Source: Blasia pusilla | Lineage: Eukaryota | Reading direction: 5' to 3' | Assembly: GCA_050084515.1 (NCBI GenBank) | Contig: CM114271.1 | Span: 22,816,001 to 22,880,000, forward strand | Length of the DNA: 64,000 bases | Shown here: positions 25,630 to 37,186 of the stretch, piece after piece | Position numbering within the stretch: the first letter of the stretch is position 1 | Layout: each line of letters opens with the position of its first letter | Made by a program: the position numbers and the translations under genes | Notes under the pieces: generated by a model | Database searches by the model: none | The model's input: only the letters and a program-made list of their open reading frames with translations | Told to the model about the DNA's origin: nothing

Positions 25630-26140
25630 ACCAATGCGGTCTCAGTGTCCGCTCGCTATGGACATTCCTTCGCTTTCCACCCCCCCCCCCCCAATATCTC
25701 ACCACCTCTCTCTCTCTCTCTCTCTTCCCTCCCTTCCAGACAGGACGCTTCACCTGTTCTTGCGCTTTTTCTTCCCTCTGTCCGTCCGTCCGTCCGTCGG
25801 TCGGTCTGTGTGTGTCTGTCCTCTCCGCTCTTCTTCTGCCCCTCTTTCTCCTGCTGCATTGCATCACCATCACCATCGGCTCCGGGAAAACTTGCGCACC
25901 TCTGCCGAACGATTCAGTGCCCCATGCCCTCCTGTTTCGTTTTCTTCTCTGACGTGGCTCCCATGGCAGTGATGTGGCTCCGCGTTGCGGCTGGCGTGGC
26001 TCAGCCTTTAAAGCTTTCTTTGACTGCACTGCAAGCAAGATTGTGGGTTGACTCGAGCTCCGGTACGGTTTCCCCTCCCCGCATGCGCAATAGTACACTA
26101 TCTATGTTTTGTGTATATTCGTGATTTCTTTTGTTTGTTT

Positions 26141-27480
26141 TTAGGCTTCTCGAACCGTCTACTAGTTTGTATGTGTATGCAGCAGTGATACCGCCACCCT
26201 CTGCAGATCGTAGGGATTCTCGGAATCGAATATCTAAATTTGTTTGTTTGGAGGCTCCTCGAACCGTCAACTTCTATGTGTATGCAGCAGCGATGCTGCC
26301 ACGCTCTGTCCTAGGGATTCTCGGGATCGTATACCTATTCTTGTTCTTACGCTCCTCGAACCGTCTACTAGTGTATGTGTATGCAGCAGCGATACTGCCA
26401 CGCTCTGTCTTAGGGATTCTCGGAATCATATGTCTAATTTCGTTTTCTGTTTGGCTTGTCGAACCGTCCGTTTACTAGTGTGTGTCTGCGACGATATGTA
26501 CTAGGGATTCTGGGAATCGTATATCTATTTGTGGTATCAGCGTTCTCGAAACCATCTATTTCAAAAAGAATAATATATATTTTAATAGAAACTGGAACGG
26601 GAAACCCATGTGGATACAAAGGAGGGGGGCATAGAGAGTAAAAAACCCGCGGGCCAAAATTGGCGGCAGCGAGGGGATAGAAGAGGGTTTCCCTCCTAAC
26701 GACCAAAATCTCAATGGCAAAGATAATACCAGCAATACCAATAGAATTATGGCTACTAATAAGTGGGCCTCTAGCATTGGCGTCTCCAACCGCCTGGGCA
26801 CGTTGCAAAGCTATCGAAATCCTTTGCCTACAATAAAGTATCGCAATGGCTAAACACAATCCATTTCTTGACGGAAGATGATGGGCGCAATCCGTAAGGA
26901 ACGAGTCAAACCTCTCCCCTATGGCCTCGTACATCTCGATGGCTAGGGGATAAATCGATGTCCGTCACGATAAATGTGGGTCTCCTTTACCGTCGCCGCT
27001 CCTCGTAGCAATCTCTCTTGTGCCACCACTTGGACCCGCACCTCTTCCCGCGTAAGATCCGTCACTACAACAACCGCCACCACCACCTCATATTCCCACC
27101 TCTACTTCTATGCGAATGCGGTAGAAGTAGAGGTGGGAGTATCACCACGCTCTATCTTAGGGATTCTCGCCATCGTACATCTATTTATATTTTCTTGGAA
27201 CCGTCTTCTAGAATGAGTATGCAGCGTCACTGCCACGCTCTGTCCCAGGATTTTCGGAATCCTCTCTCTCTCTCCGTATGTTCCAGCCAAGGACCCTGTG
27301 TCCTAAGGATTCCCGGAAGAGTACATCTAATTTTGTTTGTAGGCTTCTCGAACCGCCTTCTTCTACACACACAACCGGCTTCTCGAATCTCGAATTATTA
27401 TTGAGGTTTGTCCTTTTCCTCTTCTATACGTATGCAGCAGCAACGTCCCACGGATTCCCCCAATCGTATATACATCTATC
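26141..27480. repeat. Degenerate ~100-bp tandem array (~8-9 units) interrupted by an insertion
   Basis: Unit consensus GCTTCTCGAACCGTCTACT..TGTGTATGCAGCAGCGATACTGCCACGCTCTGTCCTAGGGATTCTCGGAATCGTATATCTA. Units start near 26145, 26254, 26351, 26454 and 26541, and resume after 27095. Confidence 0.85.
26575..27095 (-). mobile_element. 5'-truncated non-LTR retrotransposon fragment, C-terminal REL endonuclease region (CRE-like)
   Basis: Minus translation VVVVTDLTRE...AATVKETHIY.RDGHRFIP/(frameshift)LAIEMYEAIGERFDSFLTDCA...YCRQRISIALQRAQA matches the recalled REL-LINE C-terminal pattern DVVxxDPT..AAxxKxxxY..FxPLAxExxG..FL..RQRxSxALQR. It is followed by a short 3' UTR and an A/TA-rich tail. Confidence 0.72.
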
Positions 27481-29712
27481 GTGCGTCGACCATATCTCGT
27501 GGTACAGTAGAGTAAATGTCGGGACACTGTGGAGGTAGACGGCGGAGGTTGTACAGTCTCGATGGGGCATTAATGGCTCTTACTGAGGCCGTTTTCCTCA
27601 TCGCTCATTGTTGGGGTTGCCTTACGAATAAAATTCCCATCGCCACTCGTCTCGGGATTGGCTTGGGCGCGAAAATTCCCAGCCTCAAGTAAGCTTTTTG
27701 AGACTTCTTTTTAAGTCACTTCTGCTTAAGTTTCGCCTCTTTGGGGCGAAACTTTAGGATGGGGTTCCATAACCCCTTCCTCCCGTGACACACATGCATT
27801 TTAGCTTCTTCCCTACTTAGTAGAATTTGAATTTTTCTAATATAAAATGAAATTCATGTAACAGAAAATTAACTTCTCTTACGTATTAAATAATTAAATT
27901 AATATAACAAAATTTGAATTCCAATCGTGTTTTGAGTTCGTTCCGATGTTTTTCATCACCACCGTCTCCTAACTTTTTTACGTCAAAACATAATAGTAAT
28001 TTTCATATGTCAAGAACATGATGTTTTCTCCGAGGAAAAGCTAGCTCCCGGGCCCATTTCACTACTAGAATGGGAAAAAAAATAAGGAGTCTAGGATGAT
28101 TAAAAGAGTCGCAGTACATGAAGGTCAACAACCGCTCGGAAACATAATCTTCAGTATTGAATCTATATTTTGATTGGAATAGAGAGGGTAATTTTTGGAG
28201 TATTTCTACTTCCAAGAAATGAAACCTTCTAAATCTTTTGAAAGGAATGTCTTTTGAAAATATGCCGCCCAAATGTTAAGATTAGAGTGGATTCTATGCA
28301 TATGAATCCACTCTCCTCTGTTTGACATGTTTCGCTAAACTTTTCCCAAGAATACTTTTATCACCTTAACATGGTCTCAAAATTGGTAAAGAGAGTGAAG
28401 TTATTATAATCCCTTGGAGCCTAACTAATATTTATTTACACAAGTTTGATTTCTATCAATAATGGAGATCCAAAACCTAACAACATAAAACAGACACCTG
28501 ATAAAATTGAAAGACATCCGCCCTCCATAAACTTAGACCCTCTGTCATGACGTTGTAAAATGGAAAAGCATTGAAAATACCTTTTGCTAATTTACTTCCA
28601 TTCAATCGAAGACGGTGATCATTACTTACGCAGGGAAACATACACGGAGCGAGATCAGGTACGTCGTGGGGGGGAGGGTCTGAACACCGACACACGACGT
28701 CTTTTTTGGGACTGTACGAGGAGTAGTGTGGGGAGTGAGAGTGACGTAGAGTGAGACCCATACTCCGCAGTCTGAGCTCGAGAATGCCAAGGTACTGGTA
28801 CTAGCAATGATTGGCTGGAAAGCCCTTGGCAACGTTCATGAATGCACGCGGGACGGCAAAGTCGACACTGTGCGTACCCTGGGGCTGTGCTGCACAATCA
28901 CAGTCTCTTCCTTCTTTCTTTGGCTGTTTGTCGGGACTCTTCGACGGGTTGTGGCGTCCAGTTTTACTTGTGTTTTGTCTTTCTCCGGCCAGACTCCCTA
29001 AAGCCCGAAGCTTCATCGATTGAAGGAGTGGGCGAAGAAAGCTCAAGCCTCAAGGGGTGAAGGGCGTGGGATTGAGTTTTGAGTGTGAGGGGCACAGGTT
29101 TTCATTGATGGATTCATTGTTTGTTTGTTTTGTCCGGATTCTTCCATTGAAGTTTCAGGGAGTTTCTCCACTCGCGTTTCTGCACGTTTTGTCCTTCTCC
29201 AGAGTTCGAACTTTGAAGGAGCTTTGAAGGGAAGGGCGGGGCGGGGGAGAGAGAGTCCGAAGGTGGAAGGACTGGGATTGAGTGAATGTGGGATACTCGC
29301 TTCCTTTGATTGTTTGTCCAGACTCTTTGAGTGCGAAGTGTGACGTACTGAGGGCACAGAGTGAGAACCCAAAGGTTGCAGGGCTGGATTGAGGGAGTGT
29401 GGGACGGGGAGGGACAGAAGCGAGGGTGAAACTGAGCTCAGGGACTCAGGGAGGAGAGAGGAGATGCGAGTGGGAGGAGGGCATTGTCGCATGGCTGACG
29501 AGATTGAGAGAGTAGAGGACTCGGAGTTTCGAAAACAATTCATCCGTTGCACTGTTTTCGTAGAGACGCGCGTGATCTACTCACAATATTGCTCAATCCG
29601 CGTGAAGGCTGGTCTGAACATGAGGACAAGAATGGTGGTGGGTGTGTGAGAGAACCAGAGAAGTCGGCGGGAGGTTGGTGTTAATTGAGAGGGGCATCTG
29701 GTGTTCTTCGTG

Positions 29713-32700
29713 ATGTGGAGGCAGAGAGGGAAATTGCTGGAGGTGGGATTGAGACACTGCGCCGAGAGATTTTCAGTTGGTGGCATTCGAGCAGTGGCTA
29801 CTGCACGAAGAAGGAGAGGAAAGCATTGGGTAGCGCTTTGGGGCAATGGTGACCATGGTCGACTGGGCCTCTCGTCTACCATGTCTCACTGGGAACCCAC
29901 TTTGTGTAGCTCTCTACAGGACTACGAGCCCACAGCCGTTGCATGTGGTGGCGCACACACTCTTGTGCTCACAGGCAAGTCCTCCGCCTAGCTGGTTCTA
30001 GCCCAAATTTCCACGTTCTCCTCTCGCGATTTGTTTTACCATTCGTAAGAACAGAAGTGCAGTAAAGTGCTGATCTTCGGGATAATTCATGAGGACCGCC
30101 TCCGCTTTATTTGAGTAGAATTGCTCTGCACTACCTAGTGTTCCTGCAACTGAAGATTTGTGCGATTCATCAGATCATCCACATGAATAAAAGGGGATGC
30201 AGATAAGAAGGAATGAATGAATGTATCTTCTACTCAACGGACTCCAGGGGGCAAAAACAACCAAATTCGCCTTGTAAATCATTGTTGTCGTGATTCTGAT
30301 CACAGAGGAGGGTCGCGTATTTTCGATGGGTTTAAATGATCATGGTCAGCTCGGAGTGCCCTTTGAAACTTCCCATGGGCTGGTAATTTTTCAATCTCGT
30401 TCCATTGCATTTCTGTGAACTTTTATGCACTCGACACAGAGTTGTTCAGTTCGAGTAACTGGTTGATGCGAATTACAAATCTTATTTACCCGTCTCTTCC
30501 TTGCGAGCGTGTCATCTCAGTGCGAGCCGTTTGTTACTGGTTTCCTCTCGCCATCTGAATCATGGAATTTCTCAGGAGCCAGTTCAGGTGGAGGGACTTC
30601 CTGATCGTTGTGTACATATAGCAGCTGGTTACCACCATTCAGCAGCCATTGCTGGTCATCTCTTAACTTACTTCGCAAAGCATGCTCAACTTCGGGGCCT
30701 CATAATTGCAACTGCTGTAAATTGTACAAGCACGTTCATGTTATTTTCAGAATTCCCATCGTACATAAAAGGAGGATGTCCTTTAGGCCCATCAACTCTC
30801 TATCAATCTATCTATCTATCTCTTTTTAGTCCCACGGCCGTGTGGGGTCCCCGTGGACAATAAATCCATTCATTCATTCTCTCTCTCCAAGTCGGGTATA
30901 TGGTCGCAAGGCTACGACAGGCACTACTTAATGAGTACAGTCTCTCTCCAAGTCTCATAAGACTAAGACCCTAAAAGTCCATGTGACTTAGAGATTCTAC
31001 TCAATGAGTGCAGTCTCTAAGTCTCATGGTCTTTCTGGGCCCCTGTGGACAATACATCATATCATTCATTTTTTTCGCATTTCCAGCAAAGACAATTTTG
31101 ACATGCTCTTGTAATGCTTTCGAAGGCAATCTAATCTACTGAGCCCTAACGTTACTCGCTTGATTATTGTCCGTGGTTGTTAATGTTTTGAGCAGTAGAC
31201 AAAAACATAGCATGAACTACCTTTGCCTTCCAAGTTCCCATCCTCTTGGCAACGTTGAATTTGCAGATGACGGGGCTGTTTATGTATGGGGAAGCAACTT
31301 GCATGGTCAACTTGGACTTGGGAAGAGTAAGATTACTTAATTTTTACCCCCTAGTATTTCTGTAAATCATATCTCTGTGAAATACTGATGGGAAAAGCTA
31401 TTGCCATCCAGAAGCACAAGGGAAGCTGTGGAGTCCGCAGCAAGTAACAGCCTTGACAGGCATGCGAATAAAGAGGCTTGCCCTTGGATCTGAACACTCG
31501 CTTTGTCTCTGTGGTAGGTTTGAAGGGATGTAGTATTGTGTAATTCACTTGATGTCCATGGGCACTGTATATAGTAAATGGCCTCTTCTAGTTTCATAGT
31601 CTACATTTTATGTTCATTTAGAGTCCCAAGGTCTTGTGTATATAGCAGGAACATGTCTTTAGTTCACTCCGTTACCCCAAGACTACCCTTATTGAAATGA
31701 TTATTTCATGTCATGCTTTGTACTTTCCACCTCATGACTAATTCCGGTGTGCACTCAGATCAAGTCTATAGCTTCCATGATCAAGCCTAGAAAATGGCAG
31801 TCAGAACTTCTCCACCATTAACCTAGTCCATGTCACAAAATTTCAGGATTTACGTAGCATTACTAACAAGGCTGTCCAACAATCTTATCAGAGAGACATT
31901 CACTTTTGGGCTGGAATCATGAGACTTCATTCTTGGCCATGGAAAAGATCTCTTCTCTGCTGGACAATCACCTTTTGCATCTGTTTTGGCTGTATATGTT
32001 GGATGCGGTCCTTACAAGAGGATGGTGAGGTGCTGAGCTGGGGTGCTGGACAGAGTGGACGGCTTGGACATAGTCAACCCTCTAGCATATTCCGTTACCT
32101 CCAAAACTCAAGGTTAGCAATGGAGCATATTAATCTGAAGCCCTTATAACTTCATTCTATAAGAATTCTGGTTTATCAGATCTCAACATGAAAGGCTAAT
32201 GTAAATTATGGGGAGTTTGGGGTCTTTAGGTGGTGGGTTGTGCATTCTGGTTGTTTGCTTCCTCAACTAGAATTCTCTAGCTTTCTGCTGAAATTCCTCT
32301 CATAGTACTCACCCTTATTTCCTGGTCACTCGAGTACTCATTGTGCAGTCTCATTACAATCACAAGACATAGAAATCTGGAATAAAATGGAGACTGACGA
32401 ACTTGTACCGAGTTTGATGGAGATGATTTTTAAACGTATTTAGTCAGATTTGCACACTATATACTGTACCTCTTTGCTAAGGTGCCCGTCTTATTTTCAG
32501 TGAATTCTACCCAAGAATCATCGATGCCCTCCGAAACACCAAGGTTGTAACTCCACTAGTCTCCTTGAAATATATTCTAGCCATATTCTACATATGGTTT
32601 AGTCAGCACAGTGAATAAGCATGCAGTATATTTATTTTCTAAGTCATCCCATGTTCCTATTAGTCTCATAGATGCTAAATACTTGGTGTGAATGGAGTGA

Positions 32701-35700
32701 GGAAATTAGAGACTTAACAGCCAAGTTTATATGTTGTCCTTACTGAAGAGCTTCACTTGCAGGTTCAGGCCATTGCTGCCGGACTCATGCATTCTGCTTG
32801 TGTTGAGGGTGGGTCTTTCCGCATTCCCAACCCCAGTTCGATTGCGTCAGGATGACCTTTCCACAAGGGGTTGACAGTCCGAAACCATCACAGGCAGTAG
32901 AGCTCTAACAGATCAAGCAGGTTTAGTGTCAAATGAATGACATTTGCATCTTCATCCCAGAGGTTCATGAGCCAGAAATATTGTAAGGATGTGCAGGACC
33001 AGAGAGGGCTGACATTGTTGGTTTTTGGTTTCTATAGCATCGGAGTAGGTGAAGTGGTAAAAGTTATTGGAAGTAGTGAAAGCTATTACCTCTTTTGAGA
33101 CCTACACCACAACGAACGACACCTACACTGAACTTGCTAAACTGGTTACATCAGAGCTGGTCACCACATTAAATAGTCTTGATATACTGCTGAATCAGTC
33201 AATGTAAGTCATTGTTTGAAGAGTTCATTGGTTGATACCTTGAAGCTCCACCCCACACTCTGTTGTAGGCAGTCATGCTAGAGGGTTATCTCCTCTCATA
33301 GGGTATATTCTGCATTCATCCCAGTCTCTGGCACTGTCCAACCTAAGCATGCTGTATATGATCGCAAGGCTATGACAAGCGTAGATGATGAGTACAGTCT
33401 CTTTTGACACCTCCAAGAGCCAAAGCGTTTAGGTGATTTACAACATCGTCAACTTTAAGTACAAATTTATGGTATTCAGCTCAAAATCATTGCTCTTTTC
33501 ATAGTTGCAGTGCTGGAAAGTAATTTTCAGGCAGAGAGCAGCAGAGCCTGAAAATTACTTTCCAGTAGCCTTCCCAAGGATTCAGGATGGGGATGTACAA
33601 GAAACCAACGCAGAATTGTCATCAAGATGAGACTGGATAGTGAGGTGATCAAAGATGCTAATTCCAACTATCATTCTCTTGTTGACATACAGAGCATGGG
33701 AACGTTCTCACTTTCGGACAGGGGCGGATGTGTCAGTTGGTATGCTCCTCCCCTTGACTTGCCTACAGTTTGCCTCGAATTTATTTCCTTTCCTAGAGTA
33801 AGCAGCTCTGATGATGCTTGTATACAGGGCCTTGGAAATGAAAAGGACTCACCTGAGCCATCTATCGTATCAGCTCTTCCATCATGTCGAGGAGTTTCAT
33901 GCGGTGGCTACCACACTGCCGCTATCACAAGTAAGATTCATTCAGATATTTGTTTTCTGTGTCACATTTCTTTTCATACAAAGCGGTAGAATATTCAAGG
34001 CCGCGTTTTAGAGTGGGGATTAGAAGGGTGTGTTCTCTGTGTAACTAATGTTAGTACTGCAAATTAGAGACTGTTTTTTCTGAGACTGGTGATGATTAAT
34101 TTTCTTGAATGCCGAAAATTGTTTTAGAAGTCATGCATGATAGCTTAGGAGAGTCTATGTGGCCATGTAGTCTCTCTGCTCACTGCACAAATTACTGGTG
34201 ACTACCACAGGAAATGGAGACCTTTATATGTGGGGATCCAACGAGTATGGCTGTCTCGGATTTGGGTAAGTTAACATCATGCATTCATTTTGGTCGACTG
34301 GCCTTCAACGCTCTTCCAGCATAATTGAGTGAAGCCAAATTCATGTTTGCATTGCCAGAGATATCTAAGCAGATGACGTTGGGTACCTCACTGCTGTGGT
34401 GGCCCAGGTACAAACACACAACTCAGACAGTCTTCCCCATGAAAGTTGAGGGTGCTGTGAATAGACTGAGTGTGACTGAGGTGAGTTATCGCTGATCACG
34501 TGGAAGTTCCCACACATCACTCCACTGGGTTAAGGGATGGGTTACTTATTGGCTGGACCGATACTGAGGAGAACGATTGTGTAGCTAGTAGTAGAAATCA
34601 GAGATGACTATTATCCAGCTATCTGACAACAGCTGTTCTTCATCAGGTTGCATGTGGCTGGAAGCATACGTGCGCTCTCACGGGTACGACTTCAGGATTA
34701 GACCAGCTATATCTTCCATCTGTGAATCTCACAACAGCACATATACTCAGCCTGGTTAAAGGGCCACTTCTGAGTAGCTTGAATTCGGGTGTAGAGGACA
34801 TGATGTCAATTGTTGGCCCAATCATTGCTAGGCTCTTTCTTGATGGGTTCTCCAACAGACCCTTTGTTATTATGGGCGCCTCATCCTGCCATTTTGAGGT
34901 AGTCCTCTTGCTTCCCACATTTTGCCTGTATCTGGTTTTTATGGCAGCTTTCAAACAAGGTGTATTTTGTCTTGCAGATGATGGACAATTATTTTCCTGG
35001 GGTTGGGGAGGTTCCCAAGGGACTTTTTCAACGGATGGTGGATCATCAGGAGGGCAGCTGGTATGCTCTCTTGAATTCTCTTTGATGATTTTACAGACTG
35101 CTAGCTCATTGAGATCGTCCTCCATAGCCCTTGTGTGCCTGATGAACTTCAGGGCACATTTCGTTTCTTCATTCTCACCAGGAACTAACCACTTCCGGGT
35201 GGACCTATTCCATTTCGTTGTTAGTTACTATCGACATAGGCCATGTAGTGGTTTTGAGTGGAGCCTCTGGTGAATGATTAAGAAGAGTTTGAATTTGCTC
35301 TAAATGGGAAAGCTTGACACAAAACTCCTATGAGCATAGAATCACCTTCAACTCTATAAGTATTGTTCTAGAACAGCCATCAGCTCACTTTAGGTAGATT
35401 TCCCTCTGGCTTAAGTGGGAACTGAACGAAATTAATTCAAGCAGCAGGAAGACGTTCAGCTGCTTCTCCTATTGGAGTGGAACGAATAGTTAATGACCAA
35501 CAGGAGCTGTAGAGATTATTTTCGTGATCCTGTTGTTCAACCGTTTACTTGCTTGATTCTGTACTCACGGTTCCGCATGCTGCAATATGGATTGGCATGG
35601 CAGGGTCTCGGTGATGAATTCGATTACAATGAACCAAGTCCAGTTTCAAGGAAGCAGATGCAAGCAATACAAATATCTTGCGGGTTCAACCACACCGCAG

Positions 35701-35720
35701 CCATTTTCAGAGATTCCTAA
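29713..35720 (+). CDS. RCC1/UVR8-family beta-propeller protein, RUG1/RUG2-like, ~425 aa, basic N-terminal organellar-type presequence
   Basis: Fifteen exons join in frame (1278 nt): 29713-29974, 30306-30382, 30576-30654, 31267-31326, 31412-31513, 32019-32112, 32501-32543, 32763-32808, 33693-33739, 33828-33930, 34211-34265, 34408-34480, 34647-34683, 34978-35060, 35604-35720. RCC1 repeats: LWGNGDHGRLG, VACGGAHT, IAAGYHHS, LALGSEHS, VACGWKHT, SWGWGGSQGTFSTDGGSSGGQLG, ISCGFNHT. Confidence 0.9.
30894..30947 (+). repeat. Partial copy C of the ~170-bp dispersed repeat (intron 3 of the RCC1 gene)
   Basis: GGGTATATGGTCGCAAGGCTACGACAGGCACTACTTAATGAGTACAGTCTCTCT is nearly identical to the reverse complement of 20517-20570. 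Confidence 0.8.
33242..33403 (+). repeat. Diverged copy D of the ~170-bp dispersed repeat (intron 8 of the RCC1 gene)
   Basis: GAAGCTCC...CTCCTCTCATAGGGTA...CATCCCAGTC...CCAACC...ATGATCGCAAGGCTATGACA...ATGAGTACAGTCTCT, colinear with copy B. Confidence 0.7.
33513..33565. repeat. Perfect 20-bp inverted repeat, 13-nt loop (intronic)
   Basis: CTGGAAAGTAATTTTCAGGC-agagagcagcaga-GCCTGAAAATTACTTTCCAG. Confidence 0.95.
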
Positions 35721-36997
35721 GACTTCCAAATCGTAGAGCAGGGTGGGCAACATATTGAAGCAATTTCTATCGTGCGTGAGAAATCGAGCGTCTGGAAGGT
35801 AGTGAGAACAAAGGTTTCATAGAGTTATTAGAGTCGGGAGACTTTCTGTAGTCTCCAAGTCAGTTGAGTCGTGTCTGCGAAACATATTCAGGGGACAAAG
35901 AGAAACGGCCAATTCGAGGGAAGGATGATGATACTTGAAATGACAGGTCATCTGTGAAGTACCATTTATCTTTCAAGGATCTCTTGTGGATACCATTTTC
36001 TGATGTGGACAATAGTTTTTGTCCGCTTGAATCAATAAACTCGATGCCAATAAACTGCGGGAATCAATATGGCAGATTCAGATGCAGGAGAAGATTCGTC
36101 CGAAGCTCTCCCAAGGTCTCCTTCAGAAGTCGTCTCCTTGTTCTTCCATATTGTGGTCACCGTTCCAGATTCAGGATCGGATCAACGCTACTACGAGTGT
36201 CACAAGAGAAAATCGGTAGTTATGATGGTACGAGTTCGATAGATCTCGGTGTTGTGCCCTAGCCGTTGCTGTCCCCACACCAGAAACTTCTAGTTGGAAG
36301 CCGATTGATCACGACACTTGCTGGACATCACATGCGCTCCAACGAATCGGGCGTGAAACTTGGACCATCAATCACCTTTACCCTCCCAAGTCGGCCTGCG
36401 AACATCACCTTCGATATATCTTGCTTGATTTGCTTGACATGTTGCTAAACGACTCCCAAGAAGAAAACTGCCGACTTATTTTATTCATTCATCCATTGCG
36501 GTGGCGTATCTCCCACAAGCAGAAGAAAACGGGAGAAAAGCGAGTGAAATAATATAAGAAACATCCCGCTCTCGAACTCCGAACCCTCCATGATCGCGGG
36601 TGGACCGTACGATCTCACCGGAGTGTAATGCTCCTTCGCACCCGCACCAACCTTGGAGTGGAGTGACATCACTCTTGCTGACTAATCGCCGGAACACAAT
36701 ACTGCAGCATCTCGAGGTCACGCCATGCGCAGCGTCCGAATTCGAGCGCGCATGTACATCCAAATCGATCGCGCCCTCCCTTCACCTGTAGGCGGTGGCG
36801 CTTTTGGATCAGCGGCTAACCCATTCGCTCATTAGCCATGCTTCCCGCTCTGCAGTAAGTAAGGCTTCTTGTGAAGAAAGGACTCATCCGTCAACTCGCT
36901 AAGCAACCCAAGACTTTTCCATTCCGTCTCCCCTCTGATGTAATCGTTTTGACCGCGCTTTATTCTCGAGGGTTTCGTTTCCTTCCTCTCCGTCTCC

Positions 36998-37186
36998 TTT
37001 CTTCTCTGCTACTGCGGGGGTTTCTTAATATTGTTATTTTTTTATATTTTTTATAGGGTGCCTTATATTTCAGGGGTGTGCGAGAGTTCTTTCTTCTCTG
37101 CTACTGCGGGGGTTTCTTAATATTGTTATTTTTTTTTGTTTTTTACAGGGTGCCTTATAGTTAAGGGGTGTGCGAGAGTTCTTTCT
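36998..37186. repeat. ~92-bp tandem duplication
   Basis: TTTCTTCTCTGCTACTGCGGGGGTTTCTTAATATTG...AGGGGTGTGCGAGAGTTCT occurs twice with few differences. Confidence 0.9.

Noticed and set aside
25267..26124. 285-aa + strand ORF and overlapping ORFs
   Set aside because: Low-complexity CT/GA-rich antisense of the pBRP leader; no domain-like content.
26141..27480. CRISPR-like array
   Set aside because: Eukaryotic context, no cas genes, and the inter-block sequences are homologous to each other rather than unique spacers.
29713..35720. UVR8 photoreceptor itself
   Set aside because: It lacks the repeated GWRHT motifs and the C-terminal VP region; its motifs fit the RUG1/RUG2-type RCC1 proteins.
35900..36850. 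Possible minus-strand gene or pseudogene downstream of the RCC1 gene
   Set aside because: Only short ORFs interrupted by stops; no consistent splice model or recognisable domain.
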